A stretch of DNA of 64,000 nucleotides from Desulfobacteraceae bacterium. Lineage in GTDB: Bacteria > Desulfobacterota > Desulfobacteria > Desulfobacterales > JAABSP01. The stretch covers positions 36,004 through 100,003 of the forward strand of contig JAABSP010000005.1 in assembly GCA_011390345.1 (NCBI GenBank). Reading direction: 5' to 3'. Under the pieces are notes generated by a model. That model was not told the DNA's origin. It worked only from the letters and a program-made list of their open reading frames with translations, and did not search any database. A program made the translations under genes and the position numbers. Each line of letters starts with the position of its first letter. Position 1 is the first letter of the stretch. Of this stretch, positions 31,199 through 40,081 are shown in pieces.

Positions 31199-32393
31199 TC
31201 AGGGTGATGGCCTCAGAAGGCGAAAGCCCAAGTCGTCGTAGCGGAAGCCCGGGGTGAACCTGCCGCGGCCCGCCGAACCGCAGCTGGCCGCGTGGTGGCC
31301 CCAGGAGCCGCCCCGGACCACGCCCGAATCTGGCCCCTGTGGATCTTCTTCAGGGCTTTTCGCATAGTAGTCTCCACCATACCAATCCTGACACCATTCC
31401 CAGACATTGCCATGCATGTCATATAGCCCCAGGCATTGGGAGGAAAACTTTTTATCGGTGTCGTTTTTTGAGGATACTCGCCTTTCGGGCACCCCTTCAG
31501 CGGATGGTTCCCATCATAGTTGGCCTCATCCGTTGAAAGACAGCGGCCAAAAAAAAACGGCGTATCCGTCCCCGCGCGGCAGGCATACTCCCATTCTGCC
31601 TCAGTCGGCAGCCGATAGACATCCTTTCCCTCCTGCTGGTTGAGCTTTCGGATGAAATCCTGTGCATCCTTCCATGAAACATTCTCAACCGGCGCTTCGG
31701 GTCCGGATTCCTTGAAGCGAGATGGATTGTTTCCCATCACTTCTTCATACTGCCGCTGTGTCACCGGAGTGGTCTGTAGGTAAAAGCCGCGTGTCAATCT
31801 CACGTCGTGAAGAGTTTCATCGCCACCTCTACCAGGTTCATCCCCCGGGCTGCCCATCATGAATTTCCCCGGCGGAATATATACAAAACCGATATCAAGA
31901 TCATTATCGATCAATGCTTTGAATTCAAATTGAGCCCCTGCTAAAATAGCTTCTTTCAAATTGGCCTTTTCCAGGTTAGTCCCTCTCAAATCCGCATTGC
32001 TGAGATCAACGCCGCTAAGATCGAAACCGGAAAGATCCCCCCCAGGAAGCTGAACCCCTCTCAAATCCATATCCTTCAGACTGAGAGACTTGAAATCGAG
32101 CAGTTCGATGAAATTCGGCTTCCGCTTTGATTTGACGATCCAATCAAAGATCAAAGTCGTCACAGGAATCTTATGCTTCGGATTGAAGATCCGATCTTCC
32201 AGCAGCAGCTTTGCAACACAGAACTCCTGAATACTGTAGTGGGAAAACCGGAAATGGCCTTCGGAGTTCCGATTGAGGTGTTGATCTCTTCAAGGTCTTT
32301 GCGGTACCGCTCCCGCCGTCCCTTCAGGACACCCCACAGCCGATTGATCCATTCTTTGCCGAGACCGAAGGAGATGAGTTCTGTAGTTGCCAT
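31199..32393 (-). pseudogene. disrupted gene: short N-terminus, NACHT-type C-terminal remnant, pentapeptide repeats, FGE-sulfatase (SUMF1) domain; at least two frame changes
   Basis: An ATG at 32393 behind AAAGGAG gives MATTELISFGLGKEWINRLWGVLKG. A second frame reads EGHFRFSHYSIQEFCVAKLL...TTLIFDWIV, then DLRGVQLPGGDLSGFDLSGVDLSNADLRGTNLEKANL, then FVYIPPGKFMMGSP...RLPTEAEWEYACRAGT...FPPNAWG. The sequence continues in another frame as LYDMHGNVWEWCQDWY...RGGSW (ORF 31199..31492). Confidence 0.7.
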
Positions 32394-32580
32394 CAAAAGA
32401 CTCCTTTCACCGTTAGAATTACCGCTTTTTACCCCAAAGCCGAAGGATTGTCCATAGAAGAAGAAGTCGTTTTTGAAAATGAAAAGGGCAAAGGCCCGTA
32501 AGCCCCTCTTGCACAAACATATTTCAGATGGCATAATCGAAAAAAGAAGGCGATAACCCAAACAGAGGAGGATCGCTGTC

Positions 32581-33270
32581 ATGAACCGTTACAGCAGTAG
32601 GGTTTTCATCACTGCCATTCTGGCCATTTTTCTGATCAAAGGGGATCTGATGTCTGCAACCGATGATGTAAAAGCCATTGAACTGCCCGCGCCCGAGGCC
32701 AAAGGGGGAATGCCCGTTGAAACCGCGCTGGCCAACCGGCGCTCAGCCCGGCGCTTTTCAGATGCTGCCCTGACCCTTTCCCAGGTGGGCCAGCTTCTCT
32801 GGGCCGCACAGGGAATCTCCGATCCTAGGGGCTATCGAACCGCGCCCTCGGCCGGAGCCCTCTACCCGCTGGAGGTCTATATCGTTGCCGGAAAGACAGA
32901 GGATCTGCCGGCCGGTGTCTATCGGTATCTGCCCGTAAATCACCAGCTCCAAATGACCGCTTCCGGAGATCTGCGGGATGATCTTTCAGGCGCGGCCCTG
33001 AACCAGAGTTCGGTTAAAAATGCCCCAGGAGTCATTGTCATCTGTGCGGTCTATGAGCGGGTGACAGGAAAATACCGCGAGCGGGGGGTGCGGTATGTTC
33101 ACATGGAGGCAGGTCATGCGGGCCAGAACATCGCGCTTCAGGCCGTCTCTCTGGGGCTGGGAACCGTTCCCGTGGGCGCGTTCCGGGATGATGCGGTGAA
33201 AAAAATCATCGCAGCAGGCCAAAATGAAGTTCCCCTCTACCTGATCCCGGTGGGAGAACCCCGGGAATGA
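32581..33270 (+). CDS. SagB/ThcOx-type nitroreductase-family dehydrogenase with an N-terminal signal/anchor
   Basis: 229 aa behind GAGGAGG. RRSARRF...LLWAAQGISDPRGYRTAPSAGALYPLEVY...HMEAGHAGQNIALQAVSLGLG. Confidence 0.8.
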   Translation: MNRYSSRVFITAILAIFLIKGDLMSATDDVKAIELPAPEAKGGMPVETALANRRSARRFSDAALTLSQVGQLLWAAQGISDPRGYRTAPSAGALYPLEVYIVAGKTEDLPAGVYRYLPVNHQLQMTASGDLRDDLSGAALNQSSVKNAPGVIVICAVYERVTGKYRERGVRYVHMEAGHAGQNIALQAVSLGLGTVPVGAFRDDAVKKIIAAGQNEVPLYLIPVGEPRE

Positions 33271-34562
33271 GCCTTTTCATGAAGATTTTCCCCTTGCACC
33301 TCATCCTGGTTTCCACACTTCTCCTTTCGGCTGCCCAGTCCGCTTCCGCAATCACCCGGGAGGCGGCCATCGAGTATGCACTGGAACATTCCGAAGCGGT
33401 AAAGATGGCACTGGAATCGGCCCATGCGATCCGCGGAGAGGCGGACCAGGCCACCGCCTTTACCCTGCCCCAGGCGAACATGGAGGCCGGATACCTGGAG
33501 ATGGGGGACAATGTACCGGACAGCCCCTTTCCCATTCCCGGATATCCGGAGCGGGAGATCTCGGCTCAGATCGGGCTTAACCAGCTCCTTTATGCCGGGG
33601 GCCGCATCAAAAAGAGTTGGAAGCTCAAGGACCGCCTCTATGAACAGGCCGATCTGACCGCAGAATCCGGGGCAAGGGATGTGAAGGGGGCCGTTCGAAG
33701 CCGGTTCAACGGGGTGCTCTATCAGAAAGCATCGGTCGCCATCCTTTTCGATCGGGTGGAGCAGCGGCTGACCGAGCTGGAGGATGCCCGGGATCTTCGG
33801 GAGGTGGGGATGGTGACCTCACTGGATGTCCGCCAGGCCAATCTGAACCTCAATCTTGCCCGGGACGAGTTGAGCGCTGCTCAGGCCGCACACCAGGATA
33901 GGCTGATCGCATTCAACCTCTCTATGGGCCGTTCGGTTCAAGAGGAACTCTGGGCCCCGGACGGCAGCCTCCAGGATATTCCGGATCTCTCCGGCCTTAT
34001 CGAAAGGCTTCAGGCCGCAATGGGCGAGGCCGATCTTCTGGATATCGGGCTGGCCAGAAAGGAGGCCCAGACCACGGGGCTTCAGTATGAGATCGCAGAG
34101 GGAGAGCGCTTTCCAAGCCTCATGCTGGTATCGTCTGCAAAATCCTCCGGAGAGGAGGTCGATGGGATGGATGAATCCTGGGCCCTCGGGCTCCAGCTTC
34201 AGTGGAACGCTTTTGACGGCGGGCTGATCCGCTCCAGAATGGCGACCCGAAGGGCCCAGCATCGGCGGGCCCAGGCCAACCTGACCCGGGCACAAAAGGA
34301 GATCGACGGTCAGATCGAGTCGATCATCGTCAACATCAGATCCCTGGAGAACCGCATCCGCCTGCAGCAGGAGGCCGTGGCCCTCTCCAAAGAGAACTAC
34401 GAAGATGCCCGGGGCCACTACCGCGCCGGCACCATCACCCTTACCCGGATGGGAGAGTTCAACCTCAACTATGCAGAGGCCCGGTTCAACCTGCTGCGGA
34501 TCTACTTCCTCCTCTGGGAGAAGATCACCGATGCCGCGGCCATTCTGGAGCCGGCCGCGTAG
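33267..34562 (+). CDS. TolC-family outer-membrane efflux protein
   Basis: 431 aa with a signal peptide, an internally duplicated helical/beta pattern, and an ATGA overlap with the SagB-like gene. Confidence 0.8.
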   Translation: MSLFMKIFPLHLILVSTLLLSAAQSASAITREAAIEYALEHSEAVKMALESAHAIRGEADQATAFTLPQANMEAGYLEMGDNVPDSPFPIPGYPEREISAQIGLNQLLYAGGRIKKSWKLKDRLYEQADLTAESGARDVKGAVRSRFNGVLYQKASVAILFDRVEQRLTELEDARDLREVGMVTSLDVRQANLNLNLARDELSAAQAAHQDRLIAFNLSMGRSVQEELWAPDGSLQDIPDLSGLIERLQAAMGEADLLDIGLARKEAQTTGLQYEIAEGERFPSLMLVSSAKSSGEEVDGMDESWALGLQLQWNAFDGGLIRSRMATRRAQHRRAQANLTRAQKEIDGQIESIIVNIRSLENRIRLQQEAVALSKENYEDARGHYRAGTITLTRMGEFNLNYAEARFNLLRIYFLLWEKITDAAAILEPAA

Positions 34563-34565
34563 AAC

Positions 34566-34979
34566 ATGGATCTCTTTTCGGAGCTGAAATCCCTTGTCCC
34601 GGAGATCATGGCGGCCTTTCCGGCCATCGAGGTGATGTATCTCTTCGGCTCCCATGCCAGGGGAGTTGCGCGGGAGAATAGCGATGTGGATATCGGAATC
34701 TTTGTATCGGATCTGACGGACCCGCTGCTCGATCTGGAGATCGGGGTATTTCTGGAGAACCGGCTGAAAAAGCAAGTGGATGTGGTGATCCTGCAGAAGG
34801 TCTCGGCCATTCTCCAGCATGAGGTTATCAAGGAACAAAAGCGGGTTTTCGAGCGGGACCCGGAGATCCGCGCGAAGCGGGAGGTGATGACATCGCGATT
34901 ATATTTTGATGCCGTTTACGTTCAAGAACGGCGGGAAGCTTATCGGAGATGGAAGAATGGTCAATCAGAAGATCGTTAA
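34566..34979 (+). CDS. mntA: MNT-type nucleotidyltransferase (antitoxin of a HEPN/MNT pair)
   Basis: LFGSHARGVARENSDVDIGIFV contains the GSxxxG...DxD motif. Confidence 0.8.
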   Translation: MDLFSELKSLVPEIMAAFPAIEVMYLFGSHARGVARENSDVDIGIFVSDLTDPLLDLEIGVFLENRLKKQVDVVILQKVSAILQHEVIKEQKRVFERDPEIRAKREVMTSRLYFDAVYVQERREAYRRWKNGQSEDR

Positions 34980-35385
34980 CCGGCTGCTGCAGAACCTCGA
35001 AGGCTATATCCGGGATCTGAAGTCTGCAGATGATATCACCTATGAAAAATATATGAATGATATCCGCTCCCAGCGCTTTGTGGAGCGAACCCTGCAGATC
35101 GCCATCGAATGCTGTTTCGATATTTCCCATCACATCATCTCGGATGAGGGATTCCGCTCCCCGAAATCCTATGCGGAGAGCTTTACGGTGTTGGCGGAAA
35201 ACGGGATCATTCCCATGGAATCGGTGCGGGAATATCAGATGATGGCGCAATTCCGGAACAAGATCGTCCATTACTACGAGAAGATCGAGCCGGAGCAGGT
35301 GTTTGTGATCTTTCAGAAGCGCCTGGGAACTTTGGAAGGATTTGTACGGCAGGTTCGGGAATGGGCCGAAAATGCAAATCATTGA
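34957..35385 (+). CDS. hepT: HEPN/DUF86 toxin
   Basis: The start is moved to the ATG at 34957 (MVNQKIV) behind GGAGATGGAAGA. The Rx4-6H motif is FRNKIVHYY. It overlaps mntA by 23 nt. Confidence 0.85.
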   Translation: MVNQKIVNRLLQNLEGYIRDLKSADDITYEKYMNDIRSQRFVERTLQIAIECCFDISHHIISDEGFRSPKSYAESFTVLAENGIIPMESVREYQMMAQFRNKIVHYYEKIEPEQVFVIFQKRLGTLEGFVRQVREWAENANH

Positions 35386-35440
35386 AGGCTTTGGACAATC
35401 GACATGATGATTTGATGCGCATCGTAACGGGAGGTGATTT

Positions 35441-36466
35441 GTGCCCCTGACCAGAATTAAACTTGAAAAGTTTACGGCTTTTGATAAACTCGATCTCGAT
35501 TTATCCCCGGGAATCAATGTCTTTATAGGCGCAAACAGTACAGGTAAAACCCATTTGATGAAACTGGCATATGCGGCCTGCGACATCAGCAAAACCAAAA
35601 CCGATTTTGCCCAAAAGCTGATACATGTCTTCATGCCTTCAGGGCGGGCAATCGGCCGGTTGGTGAAACGGCAGAAAGTCAGCACCCGATGCGCTGTTGA
35701 AATCTACAGAAACCGAAAAAAATTGAGAATCTCCTTTTCCAATCATGCCGCAGTTCCGGATTCTGCAACCGTCACCGGCAGCAAAGATTGGAGCGAAGCC
35801 CCCATCGAGAGCGTTTACATCCCTGTCAAGGAAATGCTTTCCAATTCTCCCGGCTTCCGCTCCCTCTATTCTCAGCGGGAGATTCACTTTGAAGAGGTCT
35901 ATGCAGACATTCTGGATCGGGCATTTCGGCCGGCACTGCGAGGTCCTGTAGCAAATGAAAGAAAAGAATTACTGAAGGATTTGCAGAAAAACATGGAGGG
36001 GAAGGTAGCCATCAAGGATGAAGAATTTTTTCTGCGGAACAAACAGGGAAATCTTGAGTTCTCACTGCTTGCGGAGGGAATCCGGAAACTCGGCCTGTTG
36101 TGGCTGCTGATTCAAAACGGAACATTGCTGAAAGGCTCTGTCCTTTTCTGGGATGAACCGGAAACCAATTTAAATCCGAAACTCTTCGGCCCCCTCTTGG
36201 AAATCCTTCTCAAACTCCAGCGGATGGGGGTTCAGGTATTTCTTGCCACCCATGATTATGTGATATTGAAGGAATTGGATCTGAGAAAAGAGCCCGAAGA
36301 TGATGTTTTTTTCTATTCTCTTTTTCGGGATAAAGAGAGCGGACAGATTCAATATCATAGGACTGATGAATATCTGGCAATCGATCCCAATGCCATTCAG
36401 GATACCTTTCTGGATCTTTTCGATCGGGATGTAAAACGAGACATGGTGCTTTCAGCCAATGGATAA
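35441..36466 (+). CDS. stand-alone ABC-type (AAA_21-like) ATPase
   Basis: The GTG at 35441 follows GGGAGGTGA. Walker A GANSTGKTH, signature-like LAEGIRKLG, Walker B VLFWDEPE, H-loop LATHD. Confidence 0.75.
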   Translation: MPLTRIKLEKFTAFDKLDLDLSPGINVFIGANSTGKTHLMKLAYAACDISKTKTDFAQKLIHVFMPSGRAIGRLVKRQKVSTRCAVEIYRNRKKLRISFSNHAAVPDSATVTGSKDWSEAPIESVYIPVKEMLSNSPGFRSLYSQREIHFEEVYADILDRAFRPALRGPVANERKELLKDLQKNMEGKVAIKDEEFFLRNKQGNLEFSLLAEGIRKLGLLWLLIQNGTLLKGSVLFWDEPETNLNPKLFGPLLEILLKLQRMGVQVFLATHDYVILKELDLRKEPEDDVFFYSLFRDKESGQIQYHRTDEYLAIDPNAIQDTFLDLFDRDVKRDMVLSANG

Positions 36467-36548
36467 AAAAAGGGGTAAGACACATAACCATCGTTGATTT
36501 TGAAACAGCAGATAAAATGGGACTTCCGGTTAAGCGGTTGAGTTGAAA

Positions 36549-39473
36549 ATGGAAAAACGCGCACAGGAAATCCTGAAAACCGTCTTCGGCTTCGAAAGTT
36601 TTCACCCGCACCAGGAAAAGACCATCCGAAACGTCCTCTCCGGCAGAGACACCCTCGGGGTCATGCCCACGGGCGGCGGAAAATCCCTCTGTTATCAGAT
36701 CCCCGCACTGATCTTTGACGGGCTGACAGTGGTGATCTCCCCGCTGATCTCCCTGATGCAGGATCAGATCCAGGGTCTTTTGGAGAACGGAATCCGGGCA
36801 GCGGTCTTGAACAGTTCTCTGCCGCTGCCGGAATACCGGGAAAATGCGGAGATGGTGCGAAACGGTGAAGCCAGACTTCTCTATCTCGCCCCTGAAACCC
36901 TGATGAAGCCGAACGTCATCGACCTGCTGGGCAACGTCCGTGTGAGCCTGGTGGCCGTGGATGAGGCCCACTGCGTCTCTGCATGGGGGCATGACTTCCG
37001 GCCCGAATACCGGCAGCTCATCCGGGTTCGACATGCGTTTCCGGGCGCGGTATGGCTTGCGCTGACCGCGACCGCAACCCCCCGGGTGCGGGAGGATATC
37101 ATGGCTGCACTCGGGTTTGCCGAGGATAACCTGATCCTTGCCGGATTCGACCGGCCCAACCTCTTCATCGACATCACGCCCAAATTCGAGCCGGAAAAGC
37201 AGTTGATCCGGTTCGTCAACCGATTCGAAGGGGCATCCGGGATCGTCTATTGCCAAAGCCGAAAGCGTGCGGACAGGCTGGCGCAGATTCTCTCCAAAGC
37301 GGAAATCCCCGCCCTCCCCTACCATGCCGGCCTGGATGGAAAACTTCGTCAGCACCATCAGCGCCTCTTTGCGACCGACGATGTCCGGGTGATCACGGCA
37401 ACTGTGGCCTTTGGCATGGGCATCGACAAATCCGATGTCCGGTTTGTGGTACATTACGATCTGCCCAAGGATATCGAAAGCTACTATCAGGAGATCGGCC
37501 GCGCTGGCAGAGACGGCCTTGCGGCCCACTGTCGGCTGATGTTCGACCCCGGCGATGCTGCAAAGATCCGCTACTTCTTCCAGGAGAAATCGGATCAGGA
37601 GAGGATCGAGGCCGAAAGACGATTGCAGGCCATCGTGGATCTGGCCACGGCTCGGGCCTGCCGCCGCACGGGGCTGCTCCGCTATTTCGGAGAGAGGGTC
37701 CCAGAAGAGTCCTGCGGAGGATGCGATATCTGCCGGAAAGTCGAAACGGACGGGACAGACCTCACGATTCCTGCGCAGAAATTTCTCTCCTGCGTCTTTC
37801 GGACCCGCCAGATCTTCGGCGCGATCCATGTATCGGACGTGCTCATGGGGGGAAATACCGCAAAGATCCGCCAGTTCGAGCATGACAAACTCTCCACCTA
37901 CGGCATCGGCACGGAACTGGACCGCCGGGGATGGCGCATCCTCGGGCTCCATCTGATTCAGCAGGGGTATCTGGATCTCCACCCGAAACATCGCTCCCTC
38001 AAGCTGACCCCTGAAGCCTGGCCGATTCTTCGCAAAGAAAAGGGCTTTTTCGCAGAAATGGAGATCGCAGAGAATCCAGGCGCGAAAAGCGATCCCCAAT
38101 TAGAGGAATCATACGACACAAGACTCTTCGAGATCCTGCGGAAAAAGCGTAAAGAGCTGGCCGATGGCGCAGATGTGCCGCCCTTTGTAATCTTCGGAGA
38201 CAGAAGCCTGCGGGATATGGCGATCCGCTTTCCCCAGGGACTGGAAAGCTTTTCAGCCATTCACGGCGTCGGAAGAGCAAAGCTGGAGAAGTATGGGGAA
38301 ATCTTTGTGCCCCTGATTCAGGAGTATTGCAAAGAGAAGGGGATTTCGGAAAACGAGACGGCCCGCGCGGCCCCGATCTCCAGACCCGAGAGGTCATCGG
38401 GAAAAGCGGCCCCCGGCTCCCGCTGTGTCGCGGTGGGAGATGCCTTTAACGCTGGTGAGGCCATCAACGAGCTTACGGAAAAGTATAGTGTAAAGCCGCA
38501 GACGATCCTCAATCATCTGGAGAATTATCTGCTGGCCGGCCGCACCCTTTCTGCTGAACGGCTCCGGCAGTATGCGCAGTTGCCCCATGATCAGAACCGG
38601 GCCGTTCTGGAATTTTTTTCCGAAAACGGCCCCGAACGGCTCAAGCCCGCGTTTGTCCATTTCAACGAAGCCATCCCCTATGATGATCTTCGCTATCTGC
38701 GGATTATCTTCTATGCGGAAAACGGAATTCCGGAACCTGAAACAGCAGAACAAGAGGCAGAGATGCCCGGGATCTGCCGGATCGTCTGTCTGGCAAACTC
38801 CCGGAAGTACGGGGGCCGCTGTATTGCTGGCAAAAGACTGAACCGCGATTCCCCGGGTTCCTGGGTGCGGCCTGTTTCCAGAAGCCCCAGGGGAGAGCTG
38901 GATCTGAAAACCATGACAATGGAAGACGGGGAAATCCCTGCACTGGGAGACATCCTTTCCATTCCCGCGGGCTCTTCTGCGCCCCACCCGTATCAGCCGG
39001 AGAACAGGTTTGCGCTGCCGGAAATCTGGCAGCGTGAAGGAAGGTTTCCGGGGCTGCGGCTGGACCGACTCTGCGACCATCCCGATACCCTCTGGGAAAA
39101 CGGCCACAGCGGATGGAACGGCATCAATGACCGAATTCCCGCGGAGACGGTATACGAGACAGTTGAGCAGAGCCTTTTCTTCGTGAGGGTATACCGCCTT
39201 TCCGCGCATGTGGTCAAGGCCCCGACCGGGCTGAAGCATATCCGGACAGGCTTTGTCTATAACAACGAGGAATATCTGCTGACGGCGACCGACCCGGTCT
39301 TTGAAGCGGAATTCATGGCCTGTGATTTCGGAATCTATCCGCTGCACGAGGAAAAGGTCTACATCTGCGCCAGCCTGGGCGAGCCCTACGAGGATTACTG
39401 TTACAAGCTGGCGGCCGGGATTCTGCGGTACGAAGATGTGAAAACGGACAGCAAAGAGATCGAGGATTCATGA
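36549..39473 (+). CDS. recQ: RecQ-family helicase with HRDC, an HTH-like region and an extra C-terminal module of about 235 aa containing several Cys
   Basis: The helicase core reads VMPTGGGKSLCYQIPAL, VAVDEAHCVSAWGHDFRPEY, TVAFGMGIDKSDVRFVVHYDLPK, QEIGRAGRDG, and a zinc-finger-like CRR...CGGCDIC. HRDC-like: LRKKRKELADGADVPPFVIFGDRSLRDM. The C-terminal module runs from about 38763: ICRIVCLANSRKYGGRCIAGK...WVRPVS. The ATG at 36549 is preferred to the TTG at 36543. Confidence 0.85.
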   Translation: MEKRAQEILKTVFGFESFHPHQEKTIRNVLSGRDTLGVMPTGGGKSLCYQIPALIFDGLTVVISPLISLMQDQIQGLLENGIRAAVLNSSLPLPEYRENAEMVRNGEARLLYLAPETLMKPNVIDLLGNVRVSLVAVDEAHCVSAWGHDFRPEYRQLIRVRHAFPGAVWLALTATATPRVREDIMAALGFAEDNLILAGFDRPNLFIDITPKFEPEKQLIRFVNRFEGASGIVYCQSRKRADRLAQILSKAEIPALPYHAGLDGKLRQHHQRLFATDDVRVITATVAFGMGIDKSDVRFVVHYDLPKDIESYYQEIGRAGRDGLAAHCRLMFDPGDAAKIRYFFQEKSDQERIEAERRLQAIVDLATARACRRTGLLRYFGERVPEESCGGCDICRKVETDGTDLTIPAQKFLSCVFRTRQIFGAIHVSDVLMGGNTAKIRQFEHDKLSTYGIGTELDRRGWRILGLHLIQQGYLDLHPKHRSLKLTPEAWPILRKEKGFFAEMEIAENPGAKSDPQLEESYDTRLFEILRKKRKELADGADVPPFVIFGDRSLRDMAIRFPQGLESFSAIHGVGRAKLEKYGEIFVPLIQEYCKEKGISENETARAAPISRPERSSGKAAPGSRCVAVGDAFNAGEAINELTEKYSVKPQTILNHLENYLLAGRTLSAERLRQYAQLPHDQNRAVLEFFSENGPERLKPAFVHFNEAIPYDDLRYLRIIFYAENGIPEPETAEQEAEMPGICRIVCLANSRKYGGRCIAGKRLNRDSPGSWVRPVSRSPRGELDLKTMTMEDGEIPALGDILSIPAGSSAPHPYQPENRFALPEIWQREGRFPGLRLDRLCDHPDTLWENGHSGWNGINDRIPAETVYETVEQSLFFVRVYRLSAHVVKAPTGLKHIRTGFVYNNEEYLLTATDPVFEAEFMACDFGIYPLHEEKVYICASLGEPYEDYCYKLAAGILRYEDVKTDSKEIEDS

Positions 39474-40081
39474 AGCTCTACACCATCGGCCATTCCAACC
39501 ATCCCATCGAGGATTTTCTCGAACTCCTTCAAAAACACCGCATCGAGGCCATCTGCGATGTGCGCTCCAGCCCCTACAGCCGTTACAACCCGCAGTACAA
39601 CCGGGAGAACCTGATCCCGGAACTGAAAAAGGCCGGATTAAAGTATGTCTATCTGGGAAAAGAGCTGGGGCCCCGCTCCGAAGATCCGGCCTGTTATGAG
39701 GATGGAAGGGTCAGCTATGCTCAGCTTGCGCGGACAGCGCTCTTCGGTGAGGGGCTGAACCGATTGCGGGAGGGAATGGCGCGATACCGGGTCTCACTGC
39801 TCTGCTCGGAAAAGGAGCCGATGACATGCCACCGGGCCATTCTGGTCTGCCGGGAACTGCGGAAAGAGGTCGATATCGATCACATTTTGGAGGACGGAGA
39901 AATTTTACCGCAGAAAGAGCTGGAGGAAAATTTGCTGCAGATGCATGATCTGAAACAGATGTCTCTTTTTGAACCCGATATGGACCCGGTAGAGAAAGCC
40001 TATGACATGCAGGCCCGGAAGATCGCGTATGCGCCCAAACCGGATATTGAAGAGGAAAATCCAGAAGATGGCTACAATTAA
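39470..40081 (+). CDS. DUF488-family protein (copy 1)
   Basis: MKLYTIGHSNHPIEDFLELLQKHRIEAICDVRSSPYSR...LLCSEKEPMTCHRAILV. ATGA overlap with the recQ stop. Confidence 0.85.
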   Translation: MKLYTIGHSNHPIEDFLELLQKHRIEAICDVRSSPYSRYNPQYNRENLIPELKKAGLKYVYLGKELGPRSEDPACYEDGRVSYAQLARTALFGEGLNRLREGMARYRVSLLCSEKEPMTCHRAILVCRELRKEVDIDHILEDGEILPQKELEENLLQMHDLKQMSLFEPDMDPVEKAYDMQARKIAYAPKPDIEEENPEDGYN

